Origin: a bacterium
GTDB taxonomy: Bacteria; Zhuqueibacterota; Zhuqueibacteria; Residuimicrobiales; Krinioviventaceae
Direction of reading: 5' to 3'
DNA: 64,000 bases
NCBI GenBank assembly: GCA_963675755.2
Contig: CAXXMD010000002.1
Location: 864,001-928,000, forward strand
Part shown: piece by piece, positions 11,109 through 21,488 of the stretch
Position numbering within the stretch: the first letter of the stretch is position 1
Layout: the number at the start of each line of letters is the position of its first letter
Notes under the pieces: model-generated
What the model was told of the DNA's origin: nothing
The model's input: the letters and a program-made list of their open reading frames with translations, nothing else
Database searches by the model: none
Program-made: the position numbers and the translations under genes

Positions 11109-12373
11109 AATTCGTCGAGTATTTGTGCCAGATAACGGGTTTGAGATTTGCGATCAAATTGTTTTACAAACATTTGATCTGTGGTTTTCAGTTCCAAATT
11201 TTGGGTTAAAAGCAAAACAAGATTGTTTTTTATATACTCAATTTCATCAGGTGTTGATATTAACGCCAGTGAATAATCTTTTAATAATACTGAAGTATCA
11301 GTAACATTGCTGATACATAAAATCGGTTTTAGTGAACCCAAATATTCAAAAGTCTTGCCTGGTATAAATGTATCTTGCGGTGTTCCTGTTGCAATCAATA
11401 ATAATGCATTTGATTCAGCTATATATTCCATGGCTCGGTTATGTTGTTGAAATCCTACAATTTCTAAACTATCTGAAACATCATACTTTTTAGCCAACGC
11501 GGCAAGGTTACCGGTTACATCTTGTCCAACAAATCGAACCAACAATTGTTGGTATAAATTGGGAGTTTCTCTTTTTAACAAATTCAGTGCTTTAAAAAAA
11601 GGTTCCGGGTCACTGAATTTTGAAATCACACCACTATAGGTTATCACATATTTTGCACTTGGTTTCCATGCATTATCCTTAAAATCATCAGGATCATAAC
11701 CATTTGTGATAAGGTAATGTTTTTGGCTGGAATTAATATCTGCGAAAACTTTTTGAATACCTTCTGAAACACTAATAACAGAATCCGCTGAATTAATAAC
11801 AGAACGCTGATATTTTTGATGTAAATATCGCTGCATGAATGTAGGCTCATGTACAACATGGCCACCTGCCCAATCATCCCTAAAATCTGCAATCCAGGGG
11901 ATATTGAATTTTTTCTTAATTTTCATAGCAAGTAAATGCGTAGAATGTGGTGGTCCTGTAGAGATTACTGCATCAAAATATTCAATTTTAAACAATTCAC
12001 GTATTGTTCTAAATGCCAGCCAGTTCCAGAGAATTTTGGTATCCGGAATACAAAAAAAGGCAAATACTTTTTGATTCAGAAACTGCATTAAAGAGGATTG
12101 CTTAACTTCAGAACTGATATCTGATTTATTTTGAGATGGTTTCAATTTGTATAACAATCTCTGCGGATCAAGTGAACCGGTACGAATAATTCTGATATCT
12201 TTAACATCATCTAATAAAGATTCATCTTTGGCCCAATAAAGAATATCTTTAACTGTGATTACAGTAGGTTCCCAATTGTATTGTGGCAGATATTTGACAA
12301 ACTTTGTCATTCTTTGCGAACCACCCAAACCCAATGGTGGAAAGTAATATGAAAGGACAAGAACCTTTTTCAT
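11105..12373 (-). CDS. Glycosyltransferase family 4
   Basis: MKKVLVLSYYFPPLGLGGSQR, STGPPHS, WIADFRDDW, ITNGYD, IPGKTFEY. Likely start ATG 12373, overlapping the upstream TGA. Confidence 0.9.
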   Translation of the reverse strand: MKKVLVLSYYFPPLGLGGSQRMTKFVKYLPQYNWEPTVITVKDILYWAKDESLLDDVKDIRIIRTGSLDPQRLLYKLKPSQNKSDISSEVKQSSLMQFLNQKVFAFFCIPDTKILWNWLAFRTIRELFKIEYFDAVISTGPPHSTHLLAMKIKKKFNIPWIADFRDDWAGGHVVHEPTFMQRYLHQKYQRSVINSADSVISVSEGIQKVFADINSSQKHYLITNGYDPDDFKDNAWKPSAKYVITYSGVISKFSDPEPFFKALNLLKRETPNLYQQLLVRFVGQDVTGNLAALAKKYDVSDSLEIVGFQQHNRAMEYIAESNALLLIATGTPQDTFIPGKTFEYLGSLKPILCISNVTDTSVLLKDYSLALISTPDEIEYIKNNLVLLLTQNLELKTTDQMFVKQFDRKSQTRYLAQILDEL

Positions 12374-13248
12374 CAATACTTTCTCCCCAGGGTAAGATAA
12401 GCTTTTTCGTATACTTTGTATGCTAACCACAATACATGGTTGAACGGTTTGTCCTGCATTTTTTTCCAACGTACTGCAATTTCTGAGAAACGGTCATTCT
12501 GAAATACCCTTGCCAGTGCAAACATTTGACGAACATGCAATTCATGATACATGTGTGAAGCAGGTCGTTTAATTGAATAAAGATCATATCGGGTCCAAAA
12601 ACCTATATCCCATTTCTGCCAATGATCAAGAATTGTATTGGCACCCTTGTTTGCCAGCTCATTCCATTGAGAATCATTACTGTATAAAGCGAAATCCTTT
12701 ACACCCAAAAGAGCAAAAATAAATCCATTTAACACATGAGGTGCTGGAATGGCAGGATATTCCTGAAAAACAGGACTGGTATTATCAATATAATCCGTCA
12801 CACCATGGTTCAAAACCGGATAAGAAAAAGTTTGAATAGCTTGTTCTGCAATATCAACATATTTATTATTACGTGTTTCCTGATAAGCCCGCAACAAAAG
12901 AGAAACCGCTTCTCCCTGGGCCATGCCAGATATCCACGGAGGCTTTGGGCCGTATAATGGTAGTTGAAAATCCATGATCCAGGCTAATGTGCCATTTTTC
13001 CAGGATCTTGCATTCTCAACCAACCAGTCCGCACAATGCATGGCCAGAAACGTGGATTGCTTGTAATCCAATTCTTCCCGAAAACTGAAATGATGCAATC
13101 CAAATTGTGAAATGGTAATAGGGTTATATTTCAACCCAATGTTGCCACCATAATCCACTCTGGGCAATCCGTCAGCATCAAAACTGTATTCATCAAAGTC
13201 TTCCAGTCCGCGCCAGTCAACAGGATATTTAAAAGGTATATCAGCCAT
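12373..13248 (-). CDS. D-glucuronyl C5-epimerase family protein (C-terminal catalytic domain)
   Basis: YNPITISQFGL, WISGMAQGEAVSLLLRAY, FQEYP, HVLNGFIFALLG, TRYDL and YHELHVRQ match heparosan GlcA C5-epimerase motifs. Confidence 0.85.
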   Translation of the reverse strand: MADIPFKYPVDWRGLEDFDEYSFDADGLPRVDYGGNIGLKYNPITISQFGLHHFSFREELDYKQSTFLAMHCADWLVENARSWKNGTLAWIMDFQLPLYGPKPPWISGMAQGEAVSLLLRAYQETRNNKYVDIAEQAIQTFSYPVLNHGVTDYIDNTSPVFQEYPAIPAPHVLNGFIFALLGVKDFALYSNDSQWNELANKGANTILDHWQKWDIGFWTRYDLYSIKRPASHMYHELHVRQMFALARVFQNDRFSEIAVRWKKMQDKPFNHVLWLAYKVYEKAYLTLGRKY

Positions 13249-13273
13249 TCATTTCCCGGTTAATCAAATATTT

Positions 13274-13302
13274 AACATACAAAAAAAATATGAGGAATGC
13301 AA
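13274..13302 (-). promoter_or_regulatory. Putative sigma70 promoter for the epimerase-GT4-M23 unit
   Basis: Minus strand TTGCAT-17 nt-TATGTT; the spacer contains a T8 tract. Confidence 0.45.
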
Positions 13303-13322
13303 GAGAGGTAAATTAACACATT

Positions 13323-14039
13323 TTACAATAAATAGTCCGGTTTAACATGTTTCATGGATTGAAAAATATTTTCCCTGGCACCATGATGGTCTTGCTCAAT
13401 TTTATAGAGTAATTCTTTGACATATTGACGCTGCGAGTGTCCATCTGTAGGACATTCCTGATCAAAAGATGGGATATCATTTTCTACAGCATAATTTTTG
13501 ATCATTTTCTCGCTGACAAATAACAAGGGTCGAATAATATGATATTTCCCTTTTAGAATTTCCAATTTAGGTGGCATGGTGCTAATATTTCGGCTAAAGA
13601 TCATATTCAATAACAGCGTTTCAACAATATCATCTTTATGATGACCAAACACGACTTTATTACATTTCATCTCGTCAGCAGTCTCGAATATCTTTTTACG
13701 ACGGATACGTGTGCACAAAAAACAAGGATTTTCAAGATTTTCTTCACTATGTGAATAGGGGCCAATGCTTGTTCTGATAATTTTTGATTCTACATCAAGT
13801 GAATCAAAATAATCCTGCATAATCTTGCATCGTTTATCTGCATTTTCGCCAAAGCCCATATCCACATAAAATGCATACAGTTTTATATTTTCGCCGTATA
13901 TAAATGAACGGTCTTTTAATATTTTCAATAAGGACATGGAATCTGCTCCACCAGAGACACATACCAATACCCTGTCTCCTTTCTCAAGCAGATTGTATTC
14001 CCATATTGCTTTATCTAGTCTGGAATAAAGTTTTTTCAA
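13323..14039 (-). CDS. ttcA: tRNA 2-thiocytidine biosynthesis TtcA-family PP-loop protein
   Basis: CVSGGADS PP-loop, PCFLCTRIRR, GHHKDDIVETLLLN, IIRPL. Confidence 0.85.
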   Translation of the reverse strand: MKKLYSRLDKAIWEYNLLEKGDRVLVCVSGGADSMSLLKILKDRSFIYGENIKLYAFYVDMGFGENADKRCKIMQDYFDSLDVESKIIRTSIGPYSHSEENLENPCFLCTRIRRKKIFETADEMKCNKVVFGHHKDDIVETLLLNMIFSRNISTMPPKLEILKGKYHIIRPLLFVSEKMIKNYAVENDIPSFDQECPTDGHSQRQYVKELLYKIEQDHHGARENIFQSMKHVKPDYLL

Positions 14040-16114
14040 AAACCAGCTTCCTGTCGTTTATCTGCAATAACCTGTTCCAACTTTTTAATGAACGCTTGTG
14101 CCTGCTTGGGGCCCCCATGGACTTTTCCATTAGACAGCTCTATGCCTTTTTTCACTTCAACAAACCCTATACTCAACTTGCCTTCTTTAATATGGGCCAA
14201 ACCCTGTTGATACAAAACTTCGGCAAGTTTTTCAGTATTGTTTAATTCAAGTGCAGTATTAACTCCATTTTCGAAATATTTTTGAGCAGCGTTCCAGTTT
14301 TGTAATTGTGCCTCTAATTCACCGAGATAACGATAACTGTCTATCATCAGTGGATAATTTTTCAATTGTCTTCCATTTTGCAATGCTTTTTGTAAAAAGG
14401 GATTGGCATCAACATATTGCTTATTTTTCAAAGTAATAACACCCAGATTCAAGTCTATATATGCGGTATACAATTTATCGTCCAACATTTCAAAATAATT
14501 TTTAGCAATAATAAAATCGTTTTTAGCTGTCTGCAAATTATTCAATGCCAAATGAACCAATCCAAGTTCATAGCGTGCCCGGGCAATGTCGGGTTCACTT
14601 TGCAAGCCATTAGCCATTGCTAAATAACGTTTAGCGGCTGTTTCCGATTTATCAAGAGCATTAACTTGCCGGTAAATGTAACACAGTTTACTCTGTGGGA
14701 GCATTGCTCTGAATGTATCTTTCAAATAGGCGTATAGCTTTACGCTCTTTTCATGATGAAGAATTGCCAGAGAAAGATCATTTTTAATCTCGTATAATAG
14801 TCCTAAATTATAATGAATTTCAGCAACACTGGCAGAATCGACTGGAGGACTTTTTTGATTCAATAAATCTTGATATATTTTTTCTACGGTTGACCATTCC
14901 TGTTGTAAACCCGCTTGTTTTGCTTCCTCAATACGACACAAGTTTTCACCAAATTGATTATTCAAAGCTCTGAATGATGCTCTGGCATAATCAAGCATTT
15001 GTAAAGATTGATCAAAACTGTAAATTGTACGGCAAAAAGCAGCGAAATTTAAACCAATCCAGGGTTTCAAGGGTGATGCCGCTTCCAAAGATCTGTATAT
15101 CATGTTGTAATTATCATATAATTGTTGTTTAAATACATCAATCGTTATTAGACCGGAAGTCCAGTTACGATGCATTACGAGGGTTCTGTTAATAAATAAC
15201 GGCAAATTTGTTTTTGTCAATTCCAATTGGGTTAACGCGCCATTATCGTTCAAAACAATAGAACAAAATGTATTGGGATCAAATTGATCAGCACTTTGCT
15301 GGAAACTGAAAAAGGATTCAATAATTGGTATATAAGGATAATCTACATGCAACGCAGGAGTATTGGGATCAGAATATGGAAAGACCATTGTTACTGGTTC
15401 ATTTTTCTTTTTAGAAAAATCCAATGCAAAACGTGCAGAATATTGATTGGCTATTTTAGCCATATCCATAATGGACTGCTCTTTACTTGAAATCATTTTA
15501 TATTTCAGAGAGCCATTCCAATAAGCGCTTTTGTTATCAAAAAAAGTATTATTGATTACATCAAGGGATTTTGCTAATAGAATATTTTTCGAATCATCAG
15601 TCAACAAGAGTATACCAAAATCAGTATTCTCAAATGGAACACCATATTGTTGCCACTTATTACTCACCAGATTCTCATAAATACTGATCTGCGAAGTAAT
15701 ATTACTAATAACTGAGGATGCTTTTAAATTCTGCATACCTATTTTTTTCTCATTTAATACAATACCAGATGGAAATTCTAATAGATACATAGAGAAATAA
15801 TTCGATTCAGCATTTACAAAAAGCATCAAATCCAGATTTTTCTCATTGTGGTATTCAAATAAATTCACCGGACTTATGATTTGTGCAAAATCTATTGAAA
15901 AAGGGATCTTAAAGTCTTTATCAGGATCAATACCATCATTCAATTTAAAATATTTTGAATTCTTGATTCCGGATTTCAATTGGTCATAATACGCGGCCAT
16001 TTCACCCGTCCATGAAGCTTCCTTTCCCCTTTTTATGATAGCAATATTTACCGGTTCTGCAAAAACCTGCAATGATAAAAATAAAATAATAAATACAAAT
16101 AATACTCTACGCAT
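14036..16114 (-). CDS. Exported TPR-repeat protein
   Basis: Signal peptide MRRVLFVFII after a GGAGGG RBS; C-terminal TPR-like repeats (AEIHYNLGLLY, ARARYELGLVH, AEVLYQQGLAH). Confidence 0.75.
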   Translation of the reverse strand: MRRVLFVFIILFLSLQVFAEPVNIAIIKRGKEASWTGEMAAYYDQLKSGIKNSKYFKLNDGIDPDKDFKIPFSIDFAQIISPVNLFEYHNEKNLDLMLFVNAESNYFSMYLLEFPSGIVLNEKKIGMQNLKASSVISNITSQISIYENLVSNKWQQYGVPFENTDFGILLLTDDSKNILLAKSLDVINNTFFDNKSAYWNGSLKYKMISSKEQSIMDMAKIANQYSARFALDFSKKKNEPVTMVFPYSDPNTPALHVDYPYIPIIESFFSFQQSADQFDPNTFCSIVLNDNGALTQLELTKTNLPLFINRTLVMHRNWTSGLITIDVFKQQLYDNYNMIYRSLEAASPLKPWIGLNFAAFCRTIYSFDQSLQMLDYARASFRALNNQFGENLCRIEEAKQAGLQQEWSTVEKIYQDLLNQKSPPVDSASVAEIHYNLGLLYEIKNDLSLAILHHEKSVKLYAYLKDTFRAMLPQSKLCYIYRQVNALDKSETAAKRYLAMANGLQSEPDIARARYELGLVHLALNNLQTAKNDFIIAKNYFEMLDDKLYTAYIDLNLGVITLKNKQYVDANPFLQKALQNGRQLKNYPLMIDSYRYLGELEAQLQNWNAAQKYFENGVNTALELNNTEKLAEVLYQQGLAHIKEGKLSIGFVEVKKGIELSNGKVHGGPKQAQAFIKKLEQVIADKRQEAGF

Positions 16115-16135
16115 CACACCCTCCATTATAATGTA

Positions 16136-17329
16136 TTAATCCCGAATCCATTGTGAGTCATAACGAGTTTGTAACAGACTGGCACGCGTTATGGATTGTT
16201 CTCCAAATTTTTCTCTTACTTTATCCAGTACTGAATCAATTTGTTTATCCGATTGTTTTATTTTATCAAAAAGATTCATTTGCATTTCATCTTTTTCAAG
16301 ATGAGATAATGAAACACCAAGCAATCTGACTTTGGATGTTCTGTCAAAAGAATAAAACATATCTTTAATCTGATCAAACAGCTCATTGGTTGAGGAAATG
16401 ACAGTTGAAAAAGATCGTGAGCGGGTAAAAGTACTAAAATCAGTTAACCGAATTTTCATAGTTACCGTTTTACCCCACAATTGCTTACGACGCATTTCTC
16501 TGCACAACTCTGTACATATAAATAACAAAGTTTGAACCAATTTATTTTCATCAGCCTGATCATGTTCAAAAGTAATCTCTTTACTAATGGATTTTGCTGC
16601 CGTATTTGCTTCAATCTGCCTGTTATCCTTGCCATTAGCAAGCTGCCAGAAATGAAGTCCTGATTTTCCAAACTTTTTTACAATTTCCTGTTGCGAATGC
16701 TGTGCCAAATCGCCAATGGTACGAATACCCATTTTCTGCATATAAGGTAATGTTTTCTTGCCTACTCCCCATAATTTAGAAATATCCAATGGAGCAAGAA
16801 ATTCCATTACTTTATCTTCTTCAACAATAACCAATCCATCCGGTTTGTCCAGATCAGAAGCAATTTTAGCCAGAAACATGCTGGGGGCAATACCGACAGA
16901 AGCAGTTAATTGAGTTTCATCATAAATTTGTTTTTTAAGAGCAATAGCAGTATCACGCGGTGTTTTGTGAAATTTATATGTATTTGATATATCAAGAAAA
17001 GCTTCATCAATGCTCAGAGGCTGCATATCGGGAGAATAAGATCCCAGTATTTTCATAATCTGTTTGGATACACGCGCATATTGAGCACCTCGCGTATGGA
17101 CATAAATACCATGAGGACACAATCTATATGCCTGAGATATGGGCATTGCAGAATGGATACCAAATTTCCTGGCCTCATAACTGCATGTCGATACAACTCC
17201 CCTGCCTTTACCTTCTTTAGGATCTGACCCTACTATTACGGGTTTACCACGATATTCAGGATTGTCTCGTTGTTCAATCGCAGCAAAAAAGGCATCCATA
17301 TCAAGATGTAATATGATACGAGGTTTCAT
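16136..17329 (-). CDS. dinB: DNA polymerase IV (Y family)
   Basis: ILHLDMDAFFAAIEQ, CSYEARKFGIHSAMP, SIDEAFLD, AKIASDLDKPDG, clamp motif QMNLF. Confidence 0.96.
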   Translation of the reverse strand: MKPRIILHLDMDAFFAAIEQRDNPEYRGKPVIVGSDPKEGKGRGVVSTCSYEARKFGIHSAMPISQAYRLCPHGIYVHTRGAQYARVSKQIMKILGSYSPDMQPLSIDEAFLDISNTYKFHKTPRDTAIALKKQIYDETQLTASVGIAPSMFLAKIASDLDKPDGLVIVEEDKVMEFLAPLDISKLWGVGKKTLPYMQKMGIRTIGDLAQHSQQEIVKKFGKSGLHFWQLANGKDNRQIEANTAAKSISKEITFEHDQADENKLVQTLLFICTELCREMRRKQLWGKTVTMKIRLTDFSTFTRSRSFSTVISSTNELFDQIKDMFYSFDRTSKVRLLGVSLSHLEKDEMQMNLFDKIKQSDKQIDSVLDKVREKFGEQSITRASLLQTRYDSQWIRD

Positions 17330-18144
17330 TATTTTGGCTTTTGCATTACAATAAAAGAACGCACCCCATTCGGAATAATCATAACCAATAATCGATCAAG
17401 ATAGAGAAAATGGGTTACGTTATAAATAAAATTTGTAAAACGATGAAAAAAAGATTCATTCCATATCGCAAATGCTTCTGATTTTATATATTTGTTCAAG
17501 ATCCTACAACTCAACAACAAAATAACCGGCAGTTTTGTTGCATATTTGACTTCTTTTTCAAGAGTCCCAACCTTTAATGCTTTCAATCCTTCTTTCTCAG
17601 CCATTTCAACAAGCTCATAAGGTTTATAAGCTGTATGAAAATAGCTGTCTCCGTATTCACAATCTACATCGTATGTTGTTAACGAACCTACTGCCATATA
17701 GGTTGGACGTGTACGATTAAAATTCGGCGTTGTTAACAACGCAACACCACCAGGTTTAAGTACAGTTGCAATTCCGTTGAATATTTCCTGAGGATTTAAA
17801 CAATGCTCAAGCACTTCACTACACAAGACGTGATCTATACTGTTTTTAGAAATACACAATTTTTCGGCATCTGAAACTGCAAGATTTACCGGTTTTTCCC
17901 GATGGGCCTGCTTAAGCACACTGAAACTGAGATCAATCCCAAAACGGGGACCATTATCATAGTTTTGTAAATACATCCCTCGATTGGTTCCAATTTCAAG
18001 CAAAGATCCCTTGAAGGATTTTAAATATTTTAATACAAATCGTTTTCGCAGTCTTCCCCGAAGTGTCTGATATACTATCTCTTCTTCAGGATATTTTTCC
18101 CCGCACTGTTCATAAAATTTTTTCAGAGCAGTTTTTTCATCCAT
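17329..18144 (-). CDS. Class I SAM-dependent methyltransferase
   Basis: LLEIGTNRG motif I, GIDLS, VLCSEVLEH, VLKPGG. Confidence 0.85.
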   Translation of the reverse strand: MDEKTALKKFYEQCGEKYPEEEIVYQTLRGRLRKRFVLKYLKSFKGSLLEIGTNRGMYLQNYDNGPRFGIDLSFSVLKQAHREKPVNLAVSDAEKLCISKNSIDHVLCSEVLEHCLNPQEIFNGIATVLKPGGVALLTTPNFNRTRPTYMAVGSLTTYDVDCEYGDSYFHTAYKPYELVEMAEKEGLKALKVGTLEKEVKYATKLPVILLLSCRILNKYIKSEAFAIWNESFFHRFTNFIYNVTHFLYLDRLLVMIIPNGVRSFIVMQKPK

Positions 18145-19642
18145 TCTTCACATTCCTCAAAACAGGTAAACCCAATAGAATGGTTTTCATTTTATTCAAC
18201 TCGGATTGTTCAAAGAATCTCATAACAAACAACAATACGGGAAATGCAACTAATAGTAATGATTTCAATATCAGGCTGCTGGCAATCCAGGGTTGAATAC
18301 CCAAAACATATACTATTGCGGCCGCAATGACTATTTTAATAACACGCACCCATTCATATTCTACTTTGTACAACTTGGTGGCAACAGTATACAGTGAAAT
18401 AGACATGATGATATAAGCAATAACCCTTGCCCATGCTGCACCCATAATTCCCAAAACAGGAATCAGAGTCACATTTGCTATAACATTGCCCAACATACCT
18501 GCAATGGTAATAAATGGTAAATATTTTGTTTTTTTATAAAGATAAATGCCAATAATAAAATTTAAATATGCAGCGTAAAAAATATAGGCGAGAAAAATAA
18601 CAGGTACAACCTTTGTAGCTGGCCAAAAGTCAGATCCAAGAATGGTAAAGCCACCTACATTGAGTCTAACAATATCTTCAATAAAAAGAGTTAATCCTAC
18701 ATATACAGCAAAGCAAGAAAGAATGACATAGGTAAAGACTTTTTGAAAAATTGCTTTGGCATTTTCCTGTTTTGATGTAGCCAAAAAATAGGGATGCCAG
18801 GCAAACCGAAAAGCGGTAACAAACAATGCCATAAACATTCCCAGTTTTGCACCCTGGCTATAGAGTCCTGCAGCATCAATACTATCCATGCGTTCAAGCA
18901 AAGGTCTGTCTATAGTATCCATTAATGAAACGGATAATGTTGAAGGTAGATATGGCAAACCAAAAGCTAGCAACTCTTTTAATGTAGATACAGACAAGGT
19001 GAATCTGAAACGCTTTATAATAATGGGCAATTGTAAAATAACAGTTAAAAATGAAGCCCAAAAATTTGCAAGGAATATCCCTTCAATACCACTTTTTAAT
19101 CCAAGAATGTATATAGCATTAAAGGTAACATTAATAATCACATTCAAAAATTTGAAAAAGATAAACATAACCGGCCGTTCTTCGGCTCTTAATGCGAGAA
19201 ATGGCATAAATGACAACGCATCAAAGAACAAGATGCCACAAATAATTTTGATCAAATACGTTAGATCGATATTCAAGGCATGTGTCTGTTCATCAAACAA
19301 TAAATTTGCAAAAAATCCGGAATTAAAAAACAATACAAGCGTAAATAAAATGGATGTAATAAATATTGTTAAAAACGCAGTTGACATGATGCGCTTTTTG
19401 CCTTCTTCCGAATCTTCAAGGATATAAAATCGAAAAAAAGCCGTATCTAAACCATAGGTATAAATAATCGTAAAAACTGCAAGATAGGCAAATAAAACGC
19501 CGGCTACACCCATTTCCGCTTCGTTAAACAGATTGGTATGTAATGGAAGCAACAAAAAAACAATCATACGATTGACAATATGTCCAATTCCATATACCGC
19601 CGAATGTTTGAACAAGCGTTTTATGCTGTTAAAAATTGACAT
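18137..19642 (-). CDS. Polysaccharide flippase (Wzx/PST family)
   Basis: KHSAVYGIG N-terminus, many TM segments, KELLAFGLP, LIPVLGIMGAAWA. Confidence 0.88.
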   Translation of the reverse strand: MSIFNSIKRLFKHSAVYGIGHIVNRMIVFLLLPLHTNLFNEAEMGVAGVLFAYLAVFTIIYTYGLDTAFFRFYILEDSEEGKKRIMSTAFLTIFITSILFTLVLFFNSGFFANLLFDEQTHALNIDLTYLIKIICGILFFDALSFMPFLALRAEERPVMFIFFKFLNVIINVTFNAIYILGLKSGIEGIFLANFWASFLTVILQLPIIIKRFRFTLSVSTLKELLAFGLPYLPSTLSVSLMDTIDRPLLERMDSIDAAGLYSQGAKLGMFMALFVTAFRFAWHPYFLATSKQENAKAIFQKVFTYVILSCFAVYVGLTLFIEDIVRLNVGGFTILGSDFWPATKVVPVIFLAYIFYAAYLNFIIGIYLYKKTKYLPFITIAGMLGNVIANVTLIPVLGIMGAAWARVIAYIIMSISLYTVATKLYKVEYEWVRVIKIVIAAAIVYVLGIQPWIASSLILKSLLLVAFPVLLFVMRFFEQSELNKMKTILLGLPVLRNVKNG

Positions 19643-19667
19643 CTAGGATTTCCAGTACTAAGACCTG

Positions 19668-20456
19668 TCAAAAAGTATACAAATCAGGATGACGGTCAGT
19701 GAATAAATTATTGAGAGGATTTAATTGTTTATTTCGTGCCTTTTCCGGATCAATCTCAATTACCTGTACATCTTCTCTGGAATTAGATGAACGTACAAGA
19801 ATCTCGCCCCTGGGACCCGTTATTTGACTTGCACCTGTGAAATCGACCTGAAGTTCTCCCCTGACATCAGAACCAATACGGTTTGCGGTTACTGCATATA
19901 CACTGTTTTCAAGACAGCGAGTAACCATAGCATTCTGGCAATACGGCATGACCAGATTAGCACTGTGGCAGATCAAATCTGCTCCTTGCAGCGCCAAAGA
20001 CCGCATGGATTCCGGAAAAATCCAGTCAAAGCAGATCATCATTCCAACTTTAATTTCACCAATATTTTGAACAGTAAATGGAATATCACCATGATCAAAA
20101 CAGGTCTTTTCCTTATTAAAAAGATGTATCTTTCTATATACAGAAATAAATCCATCCGGACCAGATAAAAAACTTGCGTTATAAACTTTATCACCAGAAC
20201 GTTCAGGCAAACCGGCAGAAATATAACATTTTTTTTGTTTTGCAAAGTTGGTTAACGCTTTGCAAGTTGGGCCATCAGGAACAGATTCGGCAAAACTCAT
20301 TACCTCTTCCCGATCTTTGAACAAGTAACCGGTATTAAATAATTCGGGAAGTATATAAAGATCAGCTTCTTTAGATTGCAGTAATTCCAGCGCATGAAGA
20401 ACATTACGCTCTACTTGACCAAAATCACAATACATTTGCACAAAAGCTACACGCAT
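19668..20456 (-). CDS. Carbon-nitrogen hydrolase (nitrilase superfamily)
   Basis: Catalytic E-K-C triad: LPELF, YRKIHLF, ICFDWIFPE. Confidence 0.92.
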   Translation of the reverse strand: MRVAFVQMYCDFGQVERNVLHALELLQSKEADLYILPELFNTGYLFKDREEVMSFAESVPDGPTCKALTNFAKQKKCYISAGLPERSGDKVYNASFLSGPDGFISVYRKIHLFNKEKTCFDHGDIPFTVQNIGEIKVGMMICFDWIFPESMRSLALQGADLICHSANLVMPYCQNAMVTRCLENSVYAVTANRIGSDVRGELQVDFTGASQITGPRGEILVRSSNSREDVQVIEIDPEKARNKQLNPLNNLFTDRHPDLYTF

Positions 20457-20467
20457 GAAATCTATCC

Positions 20468-21367
20468 TTAATCCTGAACTACATTATTTGTCAAGAGTCC
20501 CAACCCTTTGATAGTGGCTTCTATTCTATCACCGGGTTCAATAGGCAAAGTACCTTCAGGTGTACCGGTACAAATAACATCACCGGGTTCAAGGCTAATA
20601 TATTTGGTTATATATTCAATCAATTCCGGAATTTTAAACACCATATCTTTGGTGTTTGCTTTTTGTCGTATTTCACCATTGACTTTGAGTTCAAGATCCA
20701 GATTGTGTGGGTCTTCAATTGCGTCAGCAGGCACCAAATATGGGCCCATGGGTAAAAATGTATCCATACCTTTTGGCAATGACCAGGGATGTCCTTTTTT
20801 AATACAATCACCCTGCAGTGCACGAGCAGTAACATCATTAGCAATAGCATAACCAGCCACATATTCCATGGCTTTGCTTTGTTTTACATATTTTGCATGT
20901 TTTCCAATTACAACAGCCAGTTCAAGTTCATGATCAACACGACCAATACCTTCAGGTATACGAATATCACCATCTACCGGCAGCAAACTGGATGGGAACT
21001 TGGCAAAAAACATGGGCTTTTCAGGAACTTTGGATTTCCACTCTTCGGCATGAGCAACATAATTTCTACCCAGGCAGATAATTTTAGAAGGTCTTGAAAT
21101 GGGCACATCGAACCGAACATCACCTTTGATAACAAGATCATCAAGTGTACGAAATTGTTTTATCTCATCAAGTACTTCGGTAATAACACTGTTGGAAAAG
21201 TTTTCCATTTCAATCATAATCTGCAGGAAATAATAGTCCGGGGTTTGCGGAGAACTTTTCAATTCTTTAAATATCTGCCAGATATAGGTAAAATCAAGAC
21301 GTTTACCGTCAACCTCAACACCTATACGGGGCTGACCTTTTGTCGTAAGATATGAAAAGGCACGCAT
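20468..21367 (-). CDS. Fumarylacetoacetate hydrolase family protein
   Basis: KIICLGRNYVAH, DHELELAVVIGK, NDVTAR, PGDVICTGTPEG. Confidence 0.92.
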   Translation of the reverse strand: MRAFSYLTTKGQPRIGVEVDGKRLDFTYIWQIFKELKSSPQTPDYYFLQIMIEMENFSNSVITEVLDEIKQFRTLDDLVIKGDVRFDVPISRPSKIICLGRNYVAHAEEWKSKVPEKPMFFAKFPSSLLPVDGDIRIPEGIGRVDHELELAVVIGKHAKYVKQSKAMEYVAGYAIANDVTARALQGDCIKKGHPWSLPKGMDTFLPMGPYLVPADAIEDPHNLDLELKVNGEIRQKANTKDMVFKIPELIEYITKYISLEPGDVICTGTPEGTLPIEPGDRIEATIKGLGLLTNNVVQD

Positions 21368-21418
21368 GAAATAAATCCTCCGGTTTGATTTATCTAAAAT
21401 AATAATTAACTTGGGACT

Positions 21419-21447
21419 ATTATATTAAAGTAACGTGTAAAAAACAA
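21419..21447 (-). promoter_or_regulatory. Putative sigma70 promoter heading the long minus-strand run
   Basis: Minus strand TTGTTT-17 nt-TATAAT in the divergent intergenic gap. Confidence 0.45.
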
Positions 21448-21488
21448 GTGAAATATAGGCTACATTAACAAACATTCAGAATATAATT

